Assembly (NCBI GenBank): GCA_017609605.1
Contig: JAFCDO010000003.1
Span: forward strand, 24,470-88,469
Length of the DNA stretch: 64,000 nucleotides
Direction: 5' to 3'
DNA from: Candidatus Parvarchaeota archaeon
GTDB taxonomy: Archaea > Nanobdellota > Nanobdellia > JAAOXT01
Shown here: positions 8,767 to 17,883 of the stretch, piece by piece
Layout of the letters: every line of letters begins with the position of its first letter
Position numbering within the stretch: position 1 is the stretch's first letter
Translations under genes and position numbers: made by a program
Notes under the pieces: generated by a model
The model's input: the letters and a program-made list of their open reading frames with translations, nothing else
The model's database searches: none
What the model was told of the DNA's origin: nothing

Positions 8767-11125
8767 AAAATTACTTTTCATAACTGCTTGTTTGTTCATC
8801 ATCCCGACAGTTATTGCAGCGAACCCGTCAGACATTTACAACGGATTCATGGAAATGTACTACAACAACCAGTCCGGCAACACTGTCATGGTTCTTGGAA
8901 GCGCTTTATCGGAATACAAGGCCCCGCCTGAAACAGTTGATCCATTCCAAAATGTGGAAGACGACCAAACAATTTACGTAGATGTTTCAATGGACGGAGA
9001 GATAAGCGCGTCGGAGAACGCTGCGTGCACGCTAGAACACATAGGCAAAAGATGCGCGAAAAAAGAAGATGACTCGTGGTTTACTGGAACTTGCAAGATG
9101 ACTAGTTACGAATACATCTGTCCTGCAGATAAGGGTTGTTATGAAGACGAAGACACTGGAAATTGTGAGAGAATCATAAACTTCAGATTTTTTGAAAGAA
9201 CTTTCCCTTGCCCCATGGAAAGAAAAAACGTTTACGACTGCTCTCCAAACGAGTGGAACTCCAGAACAGGAATTGGCTGCGAGGACGGGCAGTGCATGGA
9301 CGCGTGCAACAACGAAAAAGACGATGACAATGACGGACTACCTGATGGGGATGACGAGGACTGCCAAGGAGGAGTGCAAGAACCCATGTCATGCGACGGC
9401 GTGAACTGCGCTGGATATAACTTAACTTCATTCGTCAACGTTTCCGACCCAAAAATCCTTTGCTGTATGGACTTCCCTAACAAGATGGAGAAAAAAATTC
9501 TGAGCCTACCCATCAAATTTACCTTCGCCATAAAAGGAGATACAAGCATAAGCCATACTACAAGCAATTGGCCGTCAAGCTGGGAAAACAATTGGAACGC
9601 TGAAGCAGGAACCACTGAATGGAACCCGCCAGGAGACTGCTACGTGGACCCTTATGTAAGAGATGGGGATGAAAACATCGTGGTCGAGATAGGCATCAAC
9701 AAATGGAAAAACTGTGGTCCAGTCCAAACGTTTTGCCAAGACAGTTGCGCCGAAGCAAAATTAGACTCTTCAGTTTGTCAGGACTTGGTTGGTCAAGACG
9801 ATTGCTACCTGAAAGGAACGGGCAAACACGCGATAGATTCAATACCTCAAGAAGACGTTTATACTGATTTGTCAGGAGACGAAGGAAGCATAACAATCAC
9901 TAGAATGGATAAAGCGTTCGGAGTAGTTGACGAAACACTAACATTTACTATCGATGAAAAATTTTATGGAACCGGGTATATTTACGTGCAAGACGCTAAG
10001 TACAAGTGCACGGCAAGTGGTACCTGGGAGGAGTGTGAACTAGACTCCGTTTCAGGCCCTCAAACCTCGATTTTTGAGATAAGTAAGACTTGCTTGGCAG
10101 GTAATGGGGCGAGTTATGATTTGGTCAGGGAATGGAAATACTGTTATGACTATGAGTACGACTACGACGTGATCACGTCAGCGGATTACGGTCAAAACGT
10201 GCCAATACCTGTCTACGAAAACAAACTAGGGTTTCTGGACTATAATTACTTCCCTTACTGCGGGAACGGCGTGGCAGAGACGGATTTAGGCGAGAACTGT
10301 GAGAACTGCCCGCAAGACATGAGTTTGTCTTATTGTCCGCTTTATGATTCAGAAGGAGCTTTTTGCAACCCAAATTGTCCAGCACAGGATAGGGATGCTT
10401 GCGGGTACATGATAAGAATTGATGATGCGGGAGAAGAATTAATGGACAACGAGCAAGAAATCAAGATGTGCTTCATGAAACAGAAATTTGATTACAGCGG
10501 AGAAAATGTTAAGTATTATGATTCTAACAAAGCCAATAACGCTATTGATGGGGGGATGATACAGCGGAGCAGGAACTGTCTTGAAGCCAATTGGTTAGGA
10601 TGTTGTTGGTGGATGTTAATACCCGGGTTTGGACAAGTAACCGAGCTGATAGGTGGTGTTTGCGCTAACTGCTTGACAGACGTGTGCATGGCGCCGAGCT
10701 ACCCACAGGTAAGGGAGTCAATGCAAGAATGCATACAAAAATACGAAAGCAAAGTAAGCGCCAGCGTAGCGGGTAAAGAATGCACTAGCTCATGTGAGTG
10801 CCAGCCAGGCTCTACTTGTTCTGGACTCGACCAAACTCCTGGAAAGTACTGCTGTCCAAAAGGAACGACGTGGACGCCACTCGGGTGCGAGCGAAGCGTA
10901 GGAGACTACGACGTGCAAAAAATAATGGATTGGGCGGAAAGAACATACATCTGTGACGTCATCGTGAACTTCGGGCAAGTTCACTTCAAGTGTTTAACTG
11001 GAGTAGGATGTACTGAGGACTCTGGCTTCTTCTGGTCTTGGACTAACCTTTGTCACTCTTTTGAAGGAACTCACTACACGCTTGACCAATATCCAGATAA
11101 TGATTATCAATATCCCATGATATGA
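8759..11125 (+). CDS. large cysteine-rich secreted protein (788 aa)
   Basis: GTG start overlapping the previous gene by 8 nt. Sec-like signal MDKKLLFITACLFIIPTVIA|ANP. Acidic DDDNDGLPDGDDEDC motif. YCGNGVAETDLGENCENC resembles the CGNG..GE.C cysteine-rich repeat of secreted proteins. Confidence 0.65.
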   Translation: MDKKLLFITACLFIIPTVIAANPSDIYNGFMEMYYNNQSGNTVMVLGSALSEYKAPPETVDPFQNVEDDQTIYVDVSMDGEISASENAACTLEHIGKRCAKKEDDSWFTGTCKMTSYEYICPADKGCYEDEDTGNCERIINFRFFERTFPCPMERKNVYDCSPNEWNSRTGIGCEDGQCMDACNNEKDDDNDGLPDGDDEDCQGGVQEPMSCDGVNCAGYNLTSFVNVSDPKILCCMDFPNKMEKKILSLPIKFTFAIKGDTSISHTTSNWPSSWENNWNAEAGTTEWNPPGDCYVDPYVRDGDENIVVEIGINKWKNCGPVQTFCQDSCAEAKLDSSVCQDLVGQDDCYLKGTGKHAIDSIPQEDVYTDLSGDEGSITITRMDKAFGVVDETLTFTIDEKFYGTGYIYVQDAKYKCTASGTWEECELDSVSGPQTSIFEISKTCLAGNGASYDLVREWKYCYDYEYDYDVITSADYGQNVPIPVYENKLGFLDYNYFPYCGNGVAETDLGENCENCPQDMSLSYCPLYDSEGAFCNPNCPAQDRDACGYMIRIDDAGEELMDNEQEIKMCFMKQKFDYSGENVKYYDSNKANNAIDGGMIQRSRNCLEANWLGCCWWMLIPGFGQVTELIGGVCANCLTDVCMAPSYPQVRESMQECIQKYESKVSASVAGKECTSSCECQPGSTCSGLDQTPGKYCCPKGTTWTPLGCERSVGDYDVQKIMDWAERTYICDVIVNFGQVHFKCLTGVGCTEDSGFFWSWTNLCHSFEGTHYTLDQYPDNDYQYPMI

Positions 11126-11176
11126 CAAAAAGATTAAAAACAACCATTTTCATAAAGAGAATAAGAGTGATGAGCA

Positions 11177-11455
11177 ATGACTAAAAAAGATGATAACTTC
11201 GTGTTAATAGGAAAAAAAGCGCCGATGAGCTACGTGTTCGCAGTAATAACCCAATTCCAGAGAGGAGCTGAGAACGTAGTAATAAAGGCAAGAGGAAAAT
11301 CGATAAGTAGAGCAGTAGACGTTGCAGAGATAACAAGAAACAAGTTTTTAAACGACCTAAAAGTCGGGCAAATAAGTGTTGGAACAGAGAGAATGAGCAA
11401 CGAAGAAGGAGACGAGTCGAACGTATCAACCATAGAGATACCTTTAACAAAATAA
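11177..11455 (+). CDS. albA: Alba chromatin/RNA-binding protein
   Basis: 92 aa. VLIGKKAPMSYVFAVITQF..GAENVVIKARGKSISRAVDVAEITRNKFL matches the Alba/Sac10b core. Confidence 0.9.
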   Translation: MTKKDDNFVLIGKKAPMSYVFAVITQFQRGAENVVIKARGKSISRAVDVAEITRNKFLNDLKVGQISVGTERMSNEEGDESNVSTIEIPLTK

Positions 11456-11534
11456 AAACTCTAAAAACTGGAAAACCCGAAAAAATAAGGAATCAAAACC
11501 CTTTTTAAGGAAAGATATTCTTCAAAGACTAAAA

Positions 11535-12239
11535 ATGAAACTACAAAAAAAAGATTTTGTTAAATTAGATTATACCGGCACGGTCAAAGAAACAGGAAAA
11601 GTGTTTGATACAACCAAGGAAAGCGTAGCCAAAAAAGAAGAGTTCTACGACTCAAGACAAAAATACGCGCCAATAACAATAATCATTGGCGAAAACCAGA
11701 TTCTAAAAGGAATAGATGATTCCCTGCTGGAACACGAGGAAGGAGATGAATACGAAACAAGCGTCAAACCAGAAGACGGTTTCGGACCAAGACGCAAACA
11801 ATTAATCAAACTAATACCCAGAAAATACTTCGAAGAACACAACATAACTCCTGTGGCAGGTCTTGCGATAAGCGTAGACAACATGCAAGGTCTGATAAGA
11901 ACAGTCAGCGGAGGAAGAATAATAGTGGACTTCAACAATCCTTTAGCGGGCAAGGAATTATGTTATAAAATAAAAATACTGAATAAAATCAGTAAAATCT
12001 CGGAAAAAGCAAAATCTATCGTGACATACTTTACAAGGATTAGCGAGCCAAGAATTGAGTTAAAACAAGGCGAATTAACAATAAGCACTAAAATAGAGCT
12101 TCCAGAATTCCTAAAAAACAAGATAACTCAAATCATACAAACCAACTTAAACGAGATAAAGAAAGTAAAATACAAGATAACAAAACAACACGTGGAAAAC
12201 ACACAACTAAAAAAAGAGAAAAAATCAAAAAATGATTAA
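11535..12239 (+). CDS. FKBP-type peptidyl-prolyl cis-trans isomerase (archaeal FKBP with insert-in-flap, plus C-terminal extension)
   Basis: VKLDYTGTVKETGKVFDTT, GENQILKGIDDSLLEHEEGDE and IIVDFNNPLAGKEL are FKBP/SlyD-type blocks. Confidence 0.85.
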   Translation: MKLQKKDFVKLDYTGTVKETGKVFDTTKESVAKKEEFYDSRQKYAPITIIIGENQILKGIDDSLLEHEEGDEYETSVKPEDGFGPRRKQLIKLIPRKYFEEHNITPVAGLAISVDNMQGLIRTVSGGRIIVDFNNPLAGKELCYKIKILNKISKISEKAKSIVTYFTRISEPRIELKQGELTISTKIELPEFLKNKITQIIQTNLNEIKKVKYKITKQHVENTQLKKEKKSKND

Positions 12240-12382
12240 AAAAAATCAAAAACTTAATCTTTTATCTTAAAATGTGTGTTTAATCAATACAAGTTCTATT
12301 TCTGAGTGCATTAAAATTTATAAGTGAAAGCCACTTGTTTTAATGATACATAATCAATTAAATAGGAGAATAAAATAAAAAA

Positions 12383-13522
12383 ATGGAGAATCTTATGTCT
12401 TCTGCAAAAGGATTTGGCATCCAAAAAGAAGAACCCAGCTATGAAAAAGAGGTTAGGTCCGATATGTCCAGAACACTGGACGTCGACGCCGAACTGGAAG
12501 AACTATTATCTAAAAAGAAAGCAGCGATAAAAGTTGTCGGTGTTGGAGGTGCAGGTAACAATACGATAACAAGAATGACTGACGTAGGTATTAAGGGCGC
12601 AGAATTAATTGCTATGAATACAGACGCTCAAGACCTTCTCGTCGCACTAGCTGATAAAAAATTATTGCTAGGTAGAGACGTTACAGGAGGATTAGGTGCA
12701 GGCGCGGACCCTAAAAAAGGTGAAGAAGCAGCTAAAGAAACAGAGCAAGAAATAAAACAGGCCCTCCAAGGCGCGGACATGGTGTTCATAACATGCGGAC
12801 TTGGTGGCGGAACAGGTACTGGAGGTGCTCCAGTAGTAGCTGAAGTAGCTAAAAAAATAGGTGCGCTAACAGTTGGTGTTGTAACCCTGCCCTTTGGTAT
12901 AGAAGGAAGGAAGAGAATGGCCAACGCTCAAGAAGGATTGGAAAAACTTCAAGGAATAGTTGATACTTTGATAGTCATTCCAAACGATAAGTTGTTAGAA
13001 ATTGCGCCAGACCTGCCGTTGTTCACTGCTTTTAAGGTTGCGGACGAAATACTGACCAACGCCGTGAAAGGAATTGCTGAAATGGTAACCAAGCCAGGCC
13101 TGATTAACTTAGACTTCGCGGACATTAAAGCGGTTATGAAAGAAGGAGGAGTGGCGATGATTGGTGTGGGAGAGAGCGATACTGAGAACAGGGCGATTGA
13201 GGCCGTTGAGAAAGCAATTCAGAACCCATTGCTAGACGTGGACATATCCGGGGCCAAAGGAGCGTTAATTAATGTTGCTGGTGGAGCGAACATGACGTTA
13301 GAAGAAGCAAGACAAGTTGTTCAGACCGTTAGTGAGAAGTTGGATGGTGACGCGAAAATTATTTGGGGAGCGCAAATAAGCAACGACTTACAAGACACTA
13401 TAAGGACCATACTCATAGTGACTGGAGTTCAATCACCCCAAATCTTCGGGCCGTCAAGCACTTTTGAAGACCAGAGAAAACGCAAAATAGAGAAAGAACT
13501 CGGAATCGAATTCTTAAGGTAA
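12383..13522 (+). CDS. ftsZ: cell division GTPase FtsZ, paralog 1
   Basis: [17 protein letters not shown], the tubulin signature [16 protein letters not shown], and [11 protein letters not shown]. Confidence 0.95.
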   Translation: MENLMSSAKGFGIQKEEPSYEKEVRSDMSRTLDVDAELEELLSKKKAAIKVVGVGGAGNNTITRMTDVGIKGAELIAMNTDAQDLLVALADKKLLLGRDVTGGLGAGADPKKGEEAAKETEQEIKQALQGADMVFITCGLGGGTGTGGAPVVAEVAKKIGALTVGVVTLPFGIEGRKRMANAQEGLEKLQGIVDTLIVIPNDKLLEIAPDLPLFTAFKVADEILTNAVKGIAEMVTKPGLINLDFADIKAVMKEGGVAMIGVGESDTENRAIEAVEKAIQNPLLDVDISGAKGALINVAGGANMTLEEARQVVQTVSEKLDGDAKIIWGAQISNDLQDTIRTILIVTGVQSPQIFGPSSTFEDQRKRKIEKELGIEFLR

Positions 13523-13534
13523 AAAACTTTTACC

Positions 13535-13554
13535 TTTTTTTTATCTTTTTTTTT
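13535..13554 (+). terminator. oligo-T transcription terminator after ftsZ1
   Basis: A T8 run (13535-13542) and a T9 run (13546-13554) lie 13 nt after the ftsZ1 stop. Archaeal termination at oligo-T tracts is established knowledge. Confidence 0.55.
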
Positions 13555-13602
13555 AATTTATTTTAGGAATTCTTATAAACTGATCGTGGTTGCTATTTTT
13601 GT

Positions 13603-13965
13603 ATGATAAAAGGGGAGGATTTTGATAATCTTGATAGTTTATCAATATTTCATAAAAACGGGGACTCAGAGTACGAAACAGGTTTTTCTCGCAGAACACT
13701 AGCTGATAAATCCAAATTAAAGATTAGGATGTCAATGCTAAGACTCGTTTCTAACACACCTATTAATCCTTACACAATGAAAATAGCTTTTGAATTCGGA
13801 TGCTCTCCTGAGGACATTGAGTTAGCTGTTTTAACAGGATTGGACCTTTGTATGGAAGAAGGTTCAAAACTGGAGCAGGTTTACGCTGGAGCAAAAAATT
13901 TTCTAGAAAACAAAGGAATTGCAGAGTACTTTAACTTCGTGACGAGCACGAAGTTTAGCGTTTAA
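13603..13965 (+). CDS. hypothetical protein (120 aa)
   Basis: ORF with a TATA-like cttataaac about 27 nt upstream of the ATG. No family recognised. Confidence 0.4.
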   Translation: MIKGEDFDNLDSLSIFHKNGDSEYETGFSRRTLADKSKLKIRMSMLRLVSNTPINPYTMKIAFEFGCSPEDIELAVLTGLDLCMEEGSKLEQVYAGAKNFLENKGIAEYFNFVTSTKFSV

Positions 13966-13970
13966 CAAAA

Positions 13971-13984
13971 AGGTTTAAAAACCC
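13971..13984 (+). promoter_or_regulatory. TATA-box-like element upstream of secE
   Basis: aggtttaaaaaccc lies about 30-40 nt upstream of the secE ATG. It is a member of the recurrent GGTTTTTAAAAAC-like motif. Confidence 0.4.
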
Positions 13985-14013
13985 CTCTTAACAAACTCCT
14001 TAAGAATAAATTA

Positions 14014-14181
14014 ATGAAACTAGCATCAAAACTCAGAGAGTATAAAAGAATTCTCTTGATTAGCAAGAAGCCCAGCAAAAAAGAGGTAGAAACAATTATT
14101 AGGGTGACTGGTGCTGGAATCATTATTATAGGAATGATAGGTTTCATCATTCAAGTGATTTATGAGTTGATTCGAGGATGA
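14014..14181 (+). CDS. secE: protein translocase subunit SecE / Sec61-gamma (55 aa)
   Basis: Own translation: MKLASKLREYKRILLISKKPSKKEVETIIRVTGAGIIIIGMIGFIIQVIYELIRG*. It has a basic N-terminus plus a single C-terminal TM helix. Its stop overlaps the spt5 ATG (ATGA), matching the conserved secE-spt5-L11 order. It falls below the ORF-track size cutoff. Confidence 0.8.
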   Translation: MKLASKLREYKRILLISKKPSKKEVETIIRVTGAGIIIIGMIGFIIQVIYELIRG

Positions 14182-14633
14182 TTTTCGCAGTAAGAACAAC
14201 AAGCGGTAGGGAAAAACAAGTTATTGATAGGCTGGCCTCCAGAATAAAAAATGAAGTATTAAAAGTTGATGCCATCCTGCACCCATCAAACATTAAAGGA
14301 TACTTTTTTATTGAAGCATCTGACAAAGAAATAGTTCAAAAAGCGATTTATGGAATACCTCACGCTAGAGGATTGATTGAGGGTGAGGTAACCATTGATC
14401 AGGTTAAGCACTTCTTATCACCGGTCGCTCAGAAAATAACTCTCAAAAAGAATGATATAGTTGAATTGATTAGCGGGCCCTTCAAAGGAGAGAAGGCTAA
14501 GATTTCCAGAATCATTGCTGTGAAAGAGCAGGTGGACGTTCAACTGTTGGAAGCAGCTGTTCCAATACCGGTTAGGGTTAACATGAACAGCATTCGATTA
14601 ATCGAAAGAAAAGAAGAAGAGGAAGAAGAATAA
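14178..14633 (+). CDS. spt5: transcription elongation factor Spt5 (NusG)
   Basis: NGN domain (IFAVRTTSGREKQV, KGYFFIEA) and KOW motif (DIVELISGPFKGEKAKISRI). Located between secE and L11. Confidence 0.9.
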   Translation: MIFAVRTTSGREKQVIDRLASRIKNEVLKVDAILHPSNIKGYFFIEASDKEIVQKAIYGIPHARGLIEGEVTIDQVKHFLSPVAQKITLKKNDIVELISGPFKGEKAKISRIIAVKEQVDVQLLEAAVPIPVRVNMNSIRLIERKEEEEEE

Positions 14634-14652
14634 AGTTAGGTGATTAAATTTT

Positions 14653-15102
14653 ATGGTTAAAGAAACTGTTCAAGTATTGGTTGATGGTGGAGAAGCCAAG
14701 CCAGGACCAGCAATCGGCGGGGTTCTCGGGCCTTTGGGAGTGAACATTGGTGCAATCTTATCTGAGATAAACCAGAAAACAAATGATTTTAAGGGCATGA
14801 AAGTGCCGGTTAAGATAGTTGTGGACACGGATACTAAAGCGTTCACGATAAGCGTTGGAATGCCTCCCACTTCCGAGTTAATCAAGAAAGAGGTTGGGAT
14901 TAAGAAGGGCAGTGGCTCGCCTAACACGGAGTTCGTCGCAGACCTTTCACGAGAGCAACTGGAAAAGGTTGCAAGAATGAAGATGGACACGAGTTACGCT
15001 ACTGAAATCAAGTCATCAATGAAAGAAGTCATTGGTGTTTGCAGGAGCATGGGTGTCACGATTGAGGGCAAGAAACCGCAAGAATTCCTACAAGAAATAT
15101 AG
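14653..15102 (+). CDS. rpl11: ribosomal protein uL11
   Basis: VQVLVDGGEAKPGPAIGGVLGPLGVNIGAILSEINQKT..GMKVPVKIVVD. Confidence 0.95.
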   Translation: MVKETVQVLVDGGEAKPGPAIGGVLGPLGVNIGAILSEINQKTNDFKGMKVPVKIVVDTDTKAFTISVGMPPTSELIKKEVGIKKGSGSPNTEFVADLSREQLEKVARMKMDTSYATEIKSSMKEVIGVCRSMGVTIEGKKPQEFLQEI

Positions 15103-15116
15103 AAATGTAGAATGTT

Positions 15117-15671
15117 TTAATCCCGTTGACTAAACCACGCGTTAATCGCGTTCAACTTGTGTTCTAACCTGTTTTCTAAATAATAATCTAATGAATCCTG
15201 TCTTGGCTCGAATAATTGAAATTCCTTTGTATCAAGTGAGGATTTGCTTAATACGTTGACTTTCGTGACGTCTCCTTTCATTCCTGCACGAAAACTTCTT
15301 CCAGCAGGAACAACTCCTGTCGCGTTTGTCAAACGGTTGTTCGTGCCGCAACCTAGATCAAGAACCACGAACTGCTCAAGAGGGAATGGAGGATTTAAAC
15401 CAAACCTTACGTAACGCGTCAATATTGGTTCATCGTATAACACTTTTTCTTCTTCCAAGTTTTTTTCTTCAGTTTCTAAATACGCTTGTTGCCACACCCA
15501 ATTCGCAAAAAACCTTGTTTCCATTCCTAACTCGTTAAAATCAGTGCACGCGTAATATAGTCCGCACTTTTTCTTGAAATAAACCCATTTCTTTTTGTCC
15601 TCTTCGTTCACGATTTTAGGAGTGTAGTAATAGTCAGCAAAACCTATGCTACCTTTTTTAGAAAGAAACAT
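15117..15671 (-). CDS. hypothetical protein (184 aa) inserted antisense into the L11-L1 cluster
   Basis: ORF with a TATA-like motif at 15693-15707 upstream. No family recognised; the VLDLGCGTN string alone is insufficient for a methyltransferase call. Confidence 0.45.
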   Translation of the reverse strand: MFLSKKGSIGFADYYYTPKIVNEEDKKKWVYFKKKCGLYYACTDFNELGMETRFFANWVWQQAYLETEEKNLEEEKVLYDEPILTRYVRFGLNPPFPLEQFVVLDLGCGTNNRLTNATGVVPAGRSFRAGMKGDVTKVNVLSKSSLDTKEFQLFEPRQDSLDYYLENRLEHKLNAINAWFSQRD

Positions 15672-15692
15672 TATCCTGAACTGAAGAAAAAA

Positions 15693-15707
15693 CGGTTTTT
15701 AAAAACG
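15693..15707 (-). promoter_or_regulatory. TATA-box-like element (near-palindromic CGGTTTTTAAAAACG)
   Basis: Lies 22-36 nt upstream of the minus-strand ATG at 15671. Confidence 0.45.
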
Positions 15708-15904
15708 TTACGAAACAGAAGAGTGTAAAGAAGTTTTATATTATCATAACCTTTTTTTTTAAAAAGAATGATTAAAGCAATTGCTGGGCGTCGATTTTTA
15801 AACCCACGCCATTTAATTCTTTTTCCGACCGTAAATTTTATAAAACCCATACTCGTCTTTCAAAAGCACTGCTTACAAGCAGGAGGTTAACCACCGAAAA
15901 AAAA

Positions 15905-16552
15905 ATGGAATCACTTGAAATAATAAAAATTCTGAAAAAAGCTAGGGAGCAAGGCAGTAAAAGAAAATTCGTTCAATCAATAGATTTAATCATCACTCTA
16001 AAAAACGTTGACCTAAAGAAAAACGACAAAAAAATCGAGATTTTCGAACACTTACCCGCGGGAAGAGGAAAAAAAAAAGCGAGGATAGCCGCGTTCGTTG
16101 ACAAAGACACAACAGTACAGGCTAAAAAGCACTGCGACACAATCATCGAAAAAAAAGATTTTTCAAAATGGGATAAACCAAGAGAAATAAGAAAACTCGT
16201 CAGAACCAACGATTTTTTCATAGCTCAAGCCAACGTGATGATAGACCAAGCCAAAATCTTCGGTAAATACCTTGGGGCAAAAGGAAAAATGCCAAACCCG
16301 AAAGCAGGGCAGGTAATCCTTCCAAAAACTGACTTGGAAGCATTAACCAAAAAGTTAAGGGATACAGTGATTCTACGAGTGAAAAAACATCCTATGATTC
16401 AAGTCCTAGTAGGAACTGAAGACATGAAAGACGAGCAACTATCAAAAAACGTTAAAACAGTTTTGGAAGAAGTTGAAAGACATTACGCTCAGAATGAGAT
16501 AAGAGACGCTTACTTAAAACTGACAATGGGAAAACCGGTGAAGCTATGGTAA
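15905..16552 (+). CDS. rpl1: ribosomal protein uL1
   Basis: KRKFVQSIDLIITLKNVDLKK....HLPAGRGK, and position upstream of P0. Confidence 0.9.
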   Translation: MESLEIIKILKKAREQGSKRKFVQSIDLIITLKNVDLKKNDKKIEIFEHLPAGRGKKKARIAAFVDKDTTVQAKKHCDTIIEKKDFSKWDKPREIRKLVRTNDFFIAQANVMIDQAKIFGKYLGAKGKMPNPKAGQVILPKTDLEALTKKLRDTVILRVKKHPMIQVLVGTEDMKDEQLSKNVKTVLEEVERHYAQNEIRDAYLKLTMGKPVKLW

Positions 16553-17448
16553 AAGAGTGGAAAAAAGAACGGGTAAAAGAAATCAGTGAAAAAATTAAAG
16601 ATTACAAGGTTTTAGGAATAGTTGATTTTCACGCCTTGCCAGCCAAACAATTACAAATCATGAAGAAAAAACTCAAAGAGAAAGGAGTAATCTTGTTAAT
16701 GGCTCGTAAAAGAATTCTGAAGCGGGTTTTAGAAGCTTCTGATAAAAAAAACATCAAAGAACTAATAAAAAATTTAGGGTTAATGCCAGCACTTATTCTA
16801 TCCAGCTTGGACCCGTTTAGACTCGCAAAAATAATTAATGATAACAAATCCCCTGCACTAGCCAAAGCAGGCCAAACATCTCCAAAAGACATTGTAGCCT
16901 CAGCAGGGCCCACACCATTCACTCCCGGACCAATAATAGGAGAACTAGGCATTTTAGGAATCAAAACAAAGGTTGAGGCAGGAAAATTAACCATAACCCA
17001 AGACGTAATAGTAGTCAAGAAAGAAGAAATCATAAGCGAAGTGGCTGCAAGCATTCTGAGGAGGCTTGGCATAGAACCCATGGAGATAGGCTTGACCATA
17101 AAAGCTGTTTGGGAAAAAGGCATCATATTCAGCGCAGATCAGTTAAAAATAGACACGAAAGAATACACTGAAAATCTTAAACTAGCTCACGCAACAGCCT
17201 TAGCGCTGTCGCTTAACGCGAACATCCCAATAAAAGAAACAATGAGCGCGTTATTGCAAAAACTTCACTCGCAAGCCATAGCACTGTCCATGAACACTGG
17301 CTTCCCGACAAAACAGACCAGAGACGAAATACTAAGAAAAGCGGAAGGCCAAGCAATGCAGTTAGCCAGAGGAGTGCAGGAGAAAGATAGGAACGCGCTG
17401 AGCGAACAACTAAACGAGATAATAGTCAAATCAATACTTGGAGGATAA
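16546..17448 (+). CDS. rplP0: ribosomal stalk protein uL10 (P0)
   Basis: KEWKKERVKEISEKIKDYKVLGIVDFHALPAKQLQIMKKKLK. 300 aa, located between L1 and P1. Confidence 0.9.
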   Translation: MVKEWKKERVKEISEKIKDYKVLGIVDFHALPAKQLQIMKKKLKEKGVILLMARKRILKRVLEASDKKNIKELIKNLGLMPALILSSLDPFRLAKIINDNKSPALAKAGQTSPKDIVASAGPTPFTPGPIIGELGILGIKTKVEAGKLTITQDVIVVKKEEIISEVAASILRRLGIEPMEIGLTIKAVWEKGIIFSADQLKIDTKEYTENLKLAHATALALSLNANIPIKETMSALLQKLHSQAIALSMNTGFPTKQTRDEILRKAEGQAMQLARGVQEKDRNALSEQLNEIIVKSILGG

Positions 17449-17454
17449 AAAAAA

Positions 17455-17760
17455 ATGGAATACATGTACGCAGCATTATTGCTTCACAAAACAGGAAAAA
17501 AAGTTGAGGAAAAAGAATTGAAAGCAGTTCTTACCTCTGCAGGAGTTAAAGTTGACGACTCAAGAGTGAAAGCTCTTGTCGCAGCATTAGAAGGAGTAGA
17601 CATAGACAAAGTCGTTAGCCAAGCACCAGTAATGGCGGCAGCATCTGCACCTAAAGAAGAAGTGAAGACAGAAGAAAAGAAAGAAAAAAAGAAAGAAGAA
17701 GTGAAGAAAGAAGAAGCTACAAAAGAAGCCGCTGCAGGCCTGGGCGCGCTTTTCGGATAA
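17455..17760 (+). CDS. rpl12: ribosomal stalk protein P1 (aL12)
   Basis: [53 protein letters not shown], a Lys/Glu-rich hinge, and the terminal GLGALFG. Confidence 0.95.
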   Translation: MEYMYAALLLHKTGKKVEEKELKAVLTSAGVKVDDSRVKALVAALEGVDIDKVVSQAPVMAAASAPKEEVKTEEKKEKKKEEVKKEEATKEAAAGLGALFG

Positions 17761-17779
17761 AAAAAACTAACAAAAACAG

Positions 17780-17788
17780 TTTTTTTTT
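17780..17788 (+). terminator. oligo-T terminator after the stalk-protein operon
   Basis: A T9 run lies 20 nt after the P1 stop. Confidence 0.5.
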
Positions 17789-17883
17789 CTGGAGGAAGGC
17801 TGAAACACCAGCCTCAACCATCTTCTTATACTTCTAACCACAATGGTATTTAACTAGTTCAAACAAGCTTAAATCAAGTAAAA

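Noticed and set aside
11164-11200. Perfect C-box GUGAUGA just upstream of the albA start
   Set aside because: There is no D box (CUGA) within ~70 nt and no terminal stem. The sequence overlaps the albA start codon.
13962-14150. 62-aa minus-strand ORF
   Set aside because: It is antisense to the 55-aa SecE gene, which fits the conserved secE-spt5-L11 order and overlaps the spt5 start by ATGA.
15326-15380. VLDLGCGTN in the 184-aa orphan protein as SAM-methyltransferase motif I
   Set aside because: Only ~80 residues follow, there are no recognisable post-I acidic or NPPY/motif IV elements, and the preceding sequence does not fit a Rossmann fold. The evidence is insufficient.
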